Source: a bacterium
Lineage (GTDB): Bacteria; Hydrothermota; 32-111
Direction of reading: 5' to 3'
Length of the DNA: 64,000 nt
Assembly: GCA_046484245.1 (NCBI GenBank)
Contig: JAWOBN010000073.1
Location: 1 to 64,000 of the forward strand
Below, piece after piece: positions 42,043-50,305 of this stretch. Each line of letters begins with the position of its first letter. The first letter of the stretch is position 1. The position numbers and the translations under genes are program-made. The notes beneath the pieces are model-generated. The model saw only the letters and a program-made list of their open reading frames with translations, made no database searches and was not told the origin of the DNA.

Positions 42043-43076
42043 ATATAACATTCATTGACCTTTCCGTGCACAGAGGCGGAGCAGAGCTGTCACTGGAGAG
42101 TCTTGCGCATGCACTGGAAAAAAAACATAATATTACAATTATTGCTCCCCGGGGGACCCGGATCAATGCTGACACCGGATTCATACTGCTGAGAGGCAGC
42201 AGGTGTTTTACTCAATCCAAGAGAGGCGCACGCGCACTGCTTGCAGGATTAAAAATACTAATGCTCGGCATGACATCCAAGTGCCGTAATCTGATCATAA
42301 GCAATACATTCAAGGCTCACATAATGGGAGCAGGCATGAAGCTGACAGGCAGGGCTGAACACTGGATTATTATTGAGAGGGATGTGCCGGAGAATATCAT
42401 CATACGGTTGATCAAACGGATACTGCATTATGCTGCAGACAGCACTGTTTTTATATCAGAATTTCTGAGAAAACAGTATGGCAAAAGTGATGGTATTGTT
42501 ATCGGCAATATTGTAGAATCCGTAGAGTGCAGTAAAGAGTACCGCAGCCCGTACAGGCTTCTCTTTGCCGGGGATCTCACCTATCAGAAGGGGCTGGACA
42601 GGGCAATTGAGGTATTTGACGAATTGAGAAAGACAGACAGACGGTTTGAACTGACAGTAGCGGGCGCATCTGTCTCATATTCCGGGCAATCGCCTGTAAA
42701 AATAAAAAGAGGTATTCATTATGAGGGTTATACGGATAGGTCCCGACTTTACTCCAATGCAGGTTTTATCATTCTGCTCAACAGGAAAACAGAGAGCTTC
42801 TCCAGGGTTGTTTTTGAGGCAATGAAATGCGGCATTGTCCCTGTGATTTTGAAGGGCAATGGTATGGATGACTATACAACTGATAATGTCAATGCACTCA
42901 AGTTCACCGGGTATCTGCCTGATGAAATAAGCCGGCGGATTATCAGCACAATTGAATCCGGTGATTATGAGAAGATGAGGAATAATCTGGGGCATGCATT
43001 TGAGTACAGAGAGGGTGTTCATGTGAAAGAACAATGGCTGGAATTGATTGAACAATTCAGTACCGGGCAAACTTGA
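42039..43076 (+). CDS. Glycosyltransferase family 4
   Basis: GGAELSL, F.G.L...KG, ESFSRVVFEAMKCG.VP. Confidence 0.88.
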   Translation: MNITFIDLSVHRGGAELSLESLAHALEKKHNITIIAPRGTRINADTGFILLRGSRCFTQSKRGARALLAGLKILMLGMTSKCRNLIISNTFKAHIMGAGMKLTGRAEHWIIIERDVPENIIIRLIKRILHYAADSTVFISEFLRKQYGKSDGIVIGNIVESVECSKEYRSPYRLLFAGDLTYQKGLDRAIEVFDELRKTDRRFELTVAGASVSYSGQSPVKIKRGIHYEGYTDRSRLYSNAGFIILLNRKTESFSRVVFEAMKCGIVPVILKGNGMDDYTTDNVNALKFTGYLPDEISRRIISTIESGDYEKMRNNLGHAFEYREGVHVKEQWLELIEQFSTGQT

Positions 43077-43100
43077 CAAAAACATATTAATTGATACTCT
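43073..43100 (+). promoter_or_regulatory. Sigma70-like promoter TTGACA-N16-TACTCT
   Basis: Direct reading; AGGAGG RBS follows. Confidence 0.55.
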
Positions 43101-43119
43101 TAAATAAAAAGGAGGATAC

Positions 43120-43587
43120 ATGAAGAGATTCACTTTACCGGCAATTGTAGTACTCATTATTGCAGGTTGCACTTTACTCAATTTCCTTCCCTCAGGTGAA
43201 CTGACATTTGATAAATTCTACGACTTGGACAATGGGGTGCAGATTGACCCTAATGGTGATAATCTCAGTGACGCTGACCTGATACTTGAGCCATGGTATA
43301 AAGACGGCGAACCTGCACCTGCTCTGCAGCTCTACAGCTGGGGCGACAATGCCACATTCATTCATGATCTCGGCGAGATATCACTGGACAAGGCGCTGAG
43401 TATGTCAGACAGTGAGATTGAACCTGACAGTATTGAGTGGGATGTATATGTTAACCAGTCACATACCTACTATATTGTAACATCCGAGATGAATGAATTT
43501 TTCCTCTATGTCTCTGATGTGGAGATTCAGGAGGATGAAACCACATACGAAGCCACAGTAAAATTCAATTATCAGCAGAGAAATTAA
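43120..43587 (+). CDS. Hypothetical acidic lipoprotein
   Basis: MKRF...IIAGC lipobox; strong RBS. Confidence 0.8.
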   Translation: MKRFTLPAIVVLIIAGCTLLNFLPSGELTFDKFYDLDNGVQIDPNGDNLSDADLILEPWYKDGEPAPALQLYSWGDNATFIHDLGEISLDKALSMSDSEIEPDSIEWDVYVNQSHTYYIVTSEMNEFFLYVSDVEIQEDETTYEATVKFNYQQRN

Positions 43588-43590
43588 CAG

Positions 43591-43611
43591 AGGGCGGCCT
43601 GCCGCCCTTTT
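43591..43611. terminator. Intrinsic terminator between convergent genes
   Basis: AGGGCGG-cctg-CCGCCCT followed by TTT. Confidence 0.75.
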
Positions 43612-44405
43612 CATTTAATTGCTTTCATGGAAAACATCAGGGGTATCTTCTTCTTAAAACCCGGTATATGCCAGTATCCGTCTTTATTCTGTTTCATGAA
43701 CTGAGTTGTTTTATAGAATGTATGGTCAAATTCATTGAAAAACTCTACTCTAAGACAGGCTGTTGATGCAGCATTGATGATGTCCGAAACAGACCATATC
43801 CACTCATACGAAGGATATGAGAGTTTTCTGTCCTCAGCTGAATAATCCGCATTATCATCCCATTTTACCGGATTTTCATTGTGGAAATAATCCATTGATA
43901 TTCTGACTGATGCATCCTCTTCATCAATAGTCATCAGCACGGGATGCGTATCCCTCACATAGACAAATCCCCCCGGTTTCAGTAGTGATCCAAGGTCCCT
44001 GAACAATCCGTATAGATCACTGTTCCAGCATAATACTCCCCGGCTTAAATATACTATATCAAAAGTGCTGTCAATAACTTCCGTTAGCTCACTGTTATCT
44101 GACACAATAAATTTGCTATTGCTGTTTGTTTTTACAGCAAGTTCTCTTGCAATATCTATTGATTTCTCGGAAAAATCCGTTCCTGTAACATGAGCACCTT
44201 CATATGCAAGTGAAATGGAATCTGTTCCAATATGGCATTGGATATGAAGAAGTGCTTTATCCCTGATATCACCGAGTTCATTTTTTTCATTCTCTTTTAT
44301 GATGCTTTTGCCTGACAGCACTGTTTTGATCTCATCATATGAGTTTCTGTGAATTTCAGCCATCTCATCCCACATCTCTCTATTGTTTCTGATAAAATCA
44401 TTCAT
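43611..44405 (-). CDS. Class I SAM-dependent methyltransferase
   Basis: LLHIQCHIGTD, GAHVTGTDFS, FDIVY, LLKPGG, DTHP. Confidence 0.92.
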   Translation of the reverse strand: MNDFIRNNREMWDEMAEIHRNSYDEIKTVLSGKSIIKENEKNELGDIRDKALLHIQCHIGTDSISLAYEGAHVTGTDFSEKSIDIARELAVKTNSNSKFIVSDNSELTEVIDSTFDIVYLSRGVLCWNSDLYGLFRDLGSLLKPGGFVYVRDTHPVLMTIDEEDASVRISMDYFHNENPVKWDDNADYSAEDRKLSYPSYEWIWSVSDIINAASTACLRVEFFNEFDHTFYKTTQFMKQNKDGYWHIPGFKKKIPLMFSMKAIK

Positions 44406-44423
44406 GATATTCCTTTTTAGAGT

Positions 44424-44451
44424 ATTATATCATTGATCTCCATTTGTTCAA
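44424..44451 (-). promoter_or_regulatory. Sigma70-like promoter TTGAAC-N16-TATAAT
   Basis: Minus-strand reading upstream of 44405. Confidence 0.65.
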
Positions 44452-44608
44452 TATTATATCTTTCCTCATCAAAAAATCATATAAAACCATATAGATGTCA
44501 CCTGCCCCCCTCTTCTTTGCATGATGAATTCTCAATAATCATCAGTCAGTCTATCATATACCTTCAATCCAAATCCCGGGGACGACCCTTGCAATTCATG
44601 CAAATTGC

Positions 44609-45131
44609 GGTTCTTCTCCAAAATAGTTGGCTGATTCATCCGGAAACACTTATTATTCATTAAATTAAGCAGTATTACAAATCGCAAGTACTATATGTAC
44701 TCTCATAATTTTTCTTTAGCTTCTTAATTATACAGAACGATCATGATTATGCATGACCAGCCCGCATCTTAAATCTAATTTCAACATCTGTCCTTTTGTC
44801 CCATATTTTGTAAAAACACCCTCCAAATCCCAGGGACGTCCCTTTATATCTGCAACTTCTATGTTAAATTATTACTCAACTTATGATTCGCTGTTTTCTA
44901 ATTAAAGTTATTGTATAACTTACAATTACTTAATTTTGTAAATTCTTGCAATTGTAAAGGAACGTCCCCGGGATTTGGGCAAAATGTTATGTAATTTTAT
45001 AAATAACTGGTTTTAGGGTGTGTTTTCAGCCGTTTTACAGTTTATTCTCTAATATTTCACGCTTTGTTCATTGAGAAGTCATCTTTCTTGTATTCTGTAT
45101 CTCTTTTTACCAACTCTTTTGGAGAAGAACC
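44609..45131. repeat. 22-bp inverted repeat pair (middle layer)
   Basis: 44609-44630 GGTTCTTCTCCAAAATAGTTGG vs 45110-45131, 21/22 complementary. Confidence 0.8.
44823..44978. mobile_element. Inner 156-bp REPIN-like doublet
   Basis: 44823-44846 and 44955-44978 inverted, 22/24; 108-bp AT-rich spacer. Confidence 0.75.
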
Positions 45132-45259
45132 TTAACAATGTAAGTTAATAATAGCAGAACTAAAATTGCATGAATTACAAGGGTCGTCCCCGGGATTTGG
45201 CAGGTAGTTTTGACCAAAAAAGGGTAAAAGGACAAATGTGAAAATAGACTTGTGATGCA

Positions 45260-45287
45260 TTGACTACTCTGCTGTATTGATTAAAAT
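45260..45287 (+). promoter_or_regulatory. Sigma70-like promoter TTGACT-N16-TAAAAT
   Basis: Direct reading; GAGG RBS and ATG 45305 follow. Confidence 0.65.
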
Positions 45288-45304
45288 AATGGAAAAGAGG
45301 ATAT

Positions 45305-46501
45305 ATGATAATACCGTTGTGTATCAGGGATACTGTTGAGAGGATCCCTCTATTTTCAATAATAATAATCTTAATGATCATATTTGTGTTCTGGCAATAT
45401 CCTGCATTGAGATATATACCCTGGATTGAACATGAATTCATTCAGAATCTTGAAACAGAAAAATTTATCAAGATAACCGGAATGTCTCATCTGCTCTCCC
45501 GAAGCAATGGATTCAATACATCAAATATCCTGCTGTCACTATTCAGCAGTCAGTATATACCTCAATTCATTCTGAATCTATGGCTTGCCGCTGTTCTGCT
45601 TCCATTTATTGAAAACCGCACAGGCAGGGTTCCTTTTGTATTACTCTATATGTTTTTCTTCATGATTGTATATGCAGTTGCGCGGACAGGCCTTTATTAC
45701 AATGATTACCCTTTTCCCTTCAATCAGGGTATTTTACTGCTTTTTACAGGGTATTTCTATTCAATGTATTTCTCCATGAAAATAAGGGTATTGTATTTCC
45801 TGGGTCCATTGAAATCACTTAAGGGTATAGTCGATTATCCTGCATCTGCTGTTATACTGCCACTCTATTTTGTTGTTCAGATCATAATTATAAGCATAGT
45901 AATGTTACGCAGGGATATACTTTTCCTTCCTACAGCCGGAATGCTGGTCAATATGTTATTTTGTCCTGTAATAGGTGCAATGACAGGATATATCATAAAG
46001 CGTATTCCCACTGTTAAGGTCATTGATAAATATCTAAGAAGACCGGATTCCTATCTCACTGCTGTAGATGAGAAAGAACAGGAGAATATTGAACTGTTGA
46101 TTAATGGTGATAAAGAACAGAAAAAAACTGCCCTGAATAGCCTGGAAAGCAGTTTCATATCTAAACCGGATACCAATATATTGAGTACATTATTTGAATA
46201 TCACTGTAAGAAAGGCAATAAAGAGCATGCATTGAAATTGATCAGGTATTTCCTCAGTAAACCGGATAGTGATGATATATCAGAGCTCAGTGATATTATC
46301 AGCATCATTGAAAAGAATGCGGGCATTGATTTCATAAACAGCTTGGATGTAAAAAGCAGGATCAAAATCATCAAGGCATATTATCTGCTAAACAGATACG
46401 AGGAGGCACGGCAGCTCATGAGGTATCAGGAGGATAGTGAAAACAGTAAATCATATCAGTCATTAGTGAAGTTTTTTGAAAAGGAATATTTTATATGGTG
46501 A
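45305..46501 (+). CDS. Rhomboid-like membrane protein lacking catalytic motifs, with helical C-terminal domain
   Basis: MIIPL....R.P N-terminus; LL SLF, N.W, IENRTG...F.LLY, KIRVLYF; no GxSG and no TM6 His. Confidence 0.6.
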   Translation: MIIPLCIRDTVERIPLFSIIIILMIIFVFWQYPALRYIPWIEHEFIQNLETEKFIKITGMSHLLSRSNGFNTSNILLSLFSSQYIPQFILNLWLAAVLLPFIENRTGRVPFVLLYMFFFMIVYAVARTGLYYNDYPFPFNQGILLLFTGYFYSMYFSMKIRVLYFLGPLKSLKGIVDYPASAVILPLYFVVQIIIISIVMLRRDILFLPTAGMLVNMLFCPVIGAMTGYIIKRIPTVKVIDKYLRRPDSYLTAVDEKEQENIELLINGDKEQKKTALNSLESSFISKPDTNILSTLFEYHCKKGNKEHALKLIRYFLSKPDSDDISELSDIISIIEKNAGIDFINSLDVKSRIKIIKAYYLLNRYEEARQLMRYQEDSENSKSYQSLVKFFEKEYFIW

Positions 46502-46601
46502 CATATCATTGCAGTTGTAACAATTTGTCATAATCCTCTATTTATAAACCTTATTATAATACAGCTTATGAAAGGCATTGATTTTGCAAGGGTAAATGGT
46601 G

Positions 46602-46629
46602 TTGAACTTTAAATCATAAAGGATATATT
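46602..46629 (+). promoter_or_regulatory. Promoter TTGAAC-N16-TATATT, 6 nt before ATG (probably leaderless)
   Basis: Direct reading. Confidence 0.55.
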
Positions 46630-46635
46630 TAATAT

Positions 46636-47316
46636 ATGACTGGAACATTAATAAATGCAGGAGCTGTAATAGCCGGCTCAATCATAGGACTTCTATTGAA
46701 CAGAAGATTGCCTGAGAAAATAACAAAGGCTGTATTTATACCAATAGGTCTCTTTACAATTTTTCTCGGTATCAAGATGACAATCAATACACCGAATATA
46801 TTAATACTTGTTTTATCTGCTGTGAGCGGTACTTTGATAGGTGTCCTTATCAATCTCAATCATGCAATTGACAGCATTGGAGAGAAATTGAAGCAACTGT
46901 TAAAGGCAACAAATAAACATTTTACAGAGGGGCTTGTAACTGCTTTCCTCATTTTCTGCATGGGTTCACTGACAGTTCTCGGTGCATTTGAGGAGGGGAC
47001 AGGCAATTTCCCCGATATACTGCTGACCAAATCCATAATGGACGGCTTTACCTCAGTAATACTTGCTGCTTCAATGGGCATTGGTGTAATGCTCTCTGCA
47101 ATCCCCCTGCTTATATATCAGGGACTTCTCACCTTGTTTGCGGGTTCACTCACCGGTCTTATTACTCCTGATACTGTCAGTCAGATATCAGGTGCAGGCG
47201 GCCTGATGCTTCTGGGACTCGGTATTGAGATACTGGAAATTAAAAAACTGAATATTGTCAATATGCTGCCCTCACTTATTATTGCAGGGGTTCTGGCATA
47301 TTTCTTTGTGGGGTGA
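46636..47316 (+). CDS. DUF554 (YdfK-like) membrane protein
   Basis: MTGTLIN...I.GS.IG, EG.VTA.LIFCMG, KSIMDG, GIGV..SA.P, YQG, NMLPSL. Confidence 0.93.
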   Translation: MTGTLINAGAVIAGSIIGLLLNRRLPEKITKAVFIPIGLFTIFLGIKMTINTPNILILVLSAVSGTLIGVLINLNHAIDSIGEKLKQLLKATNKHFTEGLVTAFLIFCMGSLTVLGAFEEGTGNFPDILLTKSIMDGFTSVILAASMGIGVMLSAIPLLIYQGLLTLFAGSLTGLITPDTVSQISGAGGLMLLGLGIEILEIKKLNIVNMLPSLIIAGVLAYFFVG

Positions 47317-47996
47317 TTATGAAAAAAATGATATTACTGATGCTTATCATTATTTCAACAGCAGTGCACTCACTGGAAATAACTTCATATGAGATACCTG
47401 ATTACAGTAATGATCTGCCGCTTGACAGTTTCACTGACATGGCAATAGACGGAAGTACAGGGAATCTATGCCTTACAGGACCGGGGGTGTGGTGTGAAAT
47501 ACCACTGAAGGGTAATGAGCCTGATTGGGATAGATCTTTTACTGCATCAACAGGGGAGTATCAATTGACAGTTGTTGCAGGCAGGAACAATGGTGTGACT
47601 GTTTTTGACAGGTATAATTATTCAGTAATGGATGAAGAGAATGTATATGCAGCAGACCACTGGGGTATTGAACCATCCTGTATGGAATATTCCGGTTATG
47701 TTCTGCTTATCGGCAACAAGGAGGGTACTGTGTCCTCATGGGAAATAAGGAGAGGTACAATTGAGATGATTTCCCATACAGATTGTTCAATAATACTTAC
47801 AGGCATTGCATCTGCAGTGAATACTGTCTTTCTCTCTGATTCCAATTATATATACAGATGCGACAGTGACTACAATATTGAGAAACGGTTTGAGACGGAT
47901 TTTGCAATAAACGGTATTGCTGCATCTGACAGTGTACTCTGGGCTGTTGGTATGAATGAGAATAGAATCTACAGGATAGAGGGAGTGTATCAGTGA
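47313..47996 (+). CDS. Hypothetical secreted beta-rich protein
   Basis: MKKMILL... signal peptide (ATG 47319 is an alternative start); overlaps both neighbours. Confidence 0.7.
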   Translation: MIMKKMILLMLIIISTAVHSLEITSYEIPDYSNDLPLDSFTDMAIDGSTGNLCLTGPGVWCEIPLKGNEPDWDRSFTASTGEYQLTVVAGRNNGVTVFDRYNYSVMDEENVYAADHWGIEPSCMEYSGYVLLIGNKEGTVSSWEIRRGTIEMISHTDCSIILTGIASAVNTVFLSDSNYIYRCDSDYNIEKRFETDFAINGIAASDSVLWAVGMNENRIYRIEGVYQ

Positions 47997-48874
47997 CACA
48001 TTCTCATGAACACAGTGGAGAAATAAGGAATGTGGGAATTGCATTCATACTTAACTTTGTTTTTACAATCATTGAAATTGCCGGGGGGCTATGGACAAAT
48101 TCAACTGCAGTACTTGCAGACGCATTGCATGATCTGGGTGATTCACTGTCAATAGGCCTTGCATTTATAATGGAGAAATTGTCCGGCAGGAGCAGGGATG
48201 AGCATTTTTCCTATGGTTACGGCAGATTCTCGCTCCTCTCTGCTTTGATAAACGGCATTGTTCTGATAAGCGGGTCTGTTATCATACTTGTTCATGCTGT
48301 ACCGAGAATCATTGATCCGCCTGATGTGAATCCGCAAGGAATGATTCTGCTGGCAGTAATGGGCATTATATTCAATGGCATAGGCGTCCTGCTTATGAAG
48401 AGAGGCAGTACTGTCAATCAGCAGATGCTTGTGCTTCATCTGCTTGAGGATTTGCTCGGATGGGCAAGTTTGCTCATTATAAGTATTATCATGGCTATTT
48501 GGTATATACCTGTGCTTGATCCGGTATTCTCTGTTATTTATACTCTGGTAATACTTGTTAATGTCGGCAAATTGCTCTACAAGACAATGAAGCTCTTTCT
48601 TCAGGGCATACCTGCTGATGTTGATATTGATACCATAGAGGAGAATATACTCTCACTGGAGGGTGTTGAGGATGTGCACGATATTCATGTCTGGTCCCTC
48701 AATGGCAGGGAGAATATTCTGAGTCTTCATGTAGCTGTCTCGTGTGATGTCAGGAGGCATCAATTCCCGGAATTGAAGGACAGTATAAGGCAGATATTGA
48801 GTAAGGAATCCATAGATCATTCAACAATTGAGATTGATGTTGAAGATGAGAGCTGCAGTTTCAGGACATGCTGA
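47993..48874 (+). CDS. Cation diffusion facilitator (CzcD/ZitB-like) metal exporter
   Basis: His-rich N-terminus, LADALHDLGD, FSYGYGR, LHLLED, DVHDIHVWSL, HSTIE. Confidence 0.95.
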   Translation: MTHSHEHSGEIRNVGIAFILNFVFTIIEIAGGLWTNSTAVLADALHDLGDSLSIGLAFIMEKLSGRSRDEHFSYGYGRFSLLSALINGIVLISGSVIILVHAVPRIIDPPDVNPQGMILLAVMGIIFNGIGVLLMKRGSTVNQQMLVLHLLEDLLGWASLLIISIIMAIWYIPVLDPVFSVIYTLVILVNVGKLLYKTMKLFLQGIPADVDIDTIEENILSLEGVEDVHDIHVWSLNGRENILSLHVAVSCDVRRHQFPELKDSIRQILSKESIDHSTIEIDVEDESCSFRTC

Positions 48875-50295
48875 TGAATAGAATGAACAATATATTCTCT
48901 TCAAAGGACCGTAATCTTACTGAGGGCAGTATATGGAAGAATCTCCTCATATTGTCCCTGCCCATTATTCTGTCCAATATGTTTCAGACCTTTTATAATA
49001 TGGCTGATGCATTCTGGCTGGGTAAACTGGGCAAGACAGCACTGGCTGCGCCTACAATTACCTTCAATGTTGTGTTTACAATAATAGCACTAGCAGGCGG
49101 TCTCGCAATGGGAGGTACAACACTTGTCGGTCAGTATAAGGGGGCAAAAGATGAGAAAATGGTCAACAGGGCTGCAGGCAATACATACAGTATGATTTTT
49201 ATTATTGCATTGATGCTGGCAGCAATAGGATTTATTTTCTCACCGCAGATACTGCGTTTGCTGCAGACACCCCATGAGGCATACAGTGACACATTGGTTT
49301 ATATGCGCATAACCTTCATAGGCATGCCCTTTGTTTTCGGATATTTCATATTCCAGGGCATACTCCAGGGGTACGGTAATACAATAAGCCCGATGAAACT
49401 CAATGCATTCACTGTAATACTCAATGTTGTTCTGGACCCTCTGCTCATATTCGGATGGGGTCCTTTCCCTGCAATGGGTGTAGCAGGAGCAGGCATCGCC
49501 ACTGTGTTCTCGCAATTTACAGCATCAATGATAGGAACAATTCATCTCTTCTCCGGCAGATACGGTGTAAAAATTTCTCTTAAGACAATGATGCCGGACA
49601 TGGAGATAATCAAGAATATATTAAGAATAGGACTGCCCATATCCCTGGGACAGACAGGCACTTCTTTCGGTTTCACAATACTTATGGGTATTGTCAATAC
49701 TCTGGGGACAGCAACAGTCGGTGCTTTCGGGATAGGCAACAGGATAATATCCCTGCTTGTAATGCCTGCAATGGGACTTGCGAGAGGCAACAGCATAATG
49801 GTAGCGCAGAACATCGGTGCGGACAAGGTGAAGAGGGCAGAGAGAACAGTATGGACAAGTGTTGCAATAAATTCAGTAATCCTCTTTATATTCACGACAC
49901 TGCTCTTCTTCTTCGGCGGCTATGTTGTCAAATTCTTCATTAATGATCCTGAAGTGATAAAAATAGGAACACAGATGTTCAGAATTACGGCTTACTCTGT
50001 TCTGTTCTTTTCAATCATGATTGTCTTCAATGGAGCATTTCAGGGTTCAGGTCATACAATGCCTGTTTTTGTATTGCAATTGGCAAGGTTGTGGTTATTC
50101 CGTCTGCCATTTGCATACCTCTTTACAAAGATAATGGATATGGGATATAATGGTATCTTCTGGGCAATGTTCATATCCAACAGTGTCATTGCTGTTGCAT
50201 CCTTTATATGGTTTAGCAGAGGAACATGGAAAGAAAGAATTATTCACAAAGAACCTGTTGAAACAGAAGACATTATTGTCTCTGTAAGTGATTAA
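48868..50295 (+). CDS. MATE family efflux transporter
   Basis: LTEGSIWKNLLILSLP, YNMAD, GQYKGA, NVVLDPLLIFG, AQNIGA. Confidence 0.95.
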   Translation: MLMNRMNNIFSSKDRNLTEGSIWKNLLILSLPIILSNMFQTFYNMADAFWLGKLGKTALAAPTITFNVVFTIIALAGGLAMGGTTLVGQYKGAKDEKMVNRAAGNTYSMIFIIALMLAAIGFIFSPQILRLLQTPHEAYSDTLVYMRITFIGMPFVFGYFIFQGILQGYGNTISPMKLNAFTVILNVVLDPLLIFGWGPFPAMGVAGAGIATVFSQFTASMIGTIHLFSGRYGVKISLKTMMPDMEIIKNILRIGLPISLGQTGTSFGFTILMGIVNTLGTATVGAFGIGNRIISLLVMPAMGLARGNSIMVAQNIGADKVKRAERTVWTSVAINSVILFIFTTLLFFFGGYVVKFFINDPEVIKIGTQMFRITAYSVLFFSIMIVFNGAFQGSGHTMPVFVLQLARLWLFRLPFAYLFTKIMDMGYNGIFWAMFISNSVIAVASFIWFSRGTWKERIIHKEPVETEDIIVSVSD

Positions 50296-50305
50296 GGAGA
50301 AAAAC

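Larger units (their letters stand above)
44569..45200. mobile_element. Outer REPIN/MITE-like element bounded by 35-bp inverted repeats
   Basis: 44569-44603 and 45166-45200 are reverse complements at 34/35 positions (CCAAATCCCGGGGACGACCCTTGYAATTCATGCAA). Confidence 0.7.

Noticed and set aside
44569..45200. Possible CRISPR array or integron attC sites
   Set aside because: The copies are inverted and nested rather than direct and evenly spaced. No cas or integrase gene is present, and there are no RYYYAAC/GTTRRRY ends.
44433..45441. ORFs 44433-44663(+) and 45175-45441(-), both containing KSRGRPL
   Set aside because: The shared peptide is just the translated repeat core. There is no RBS or recognisable domain, and the second ORF is antisense to a real gene.
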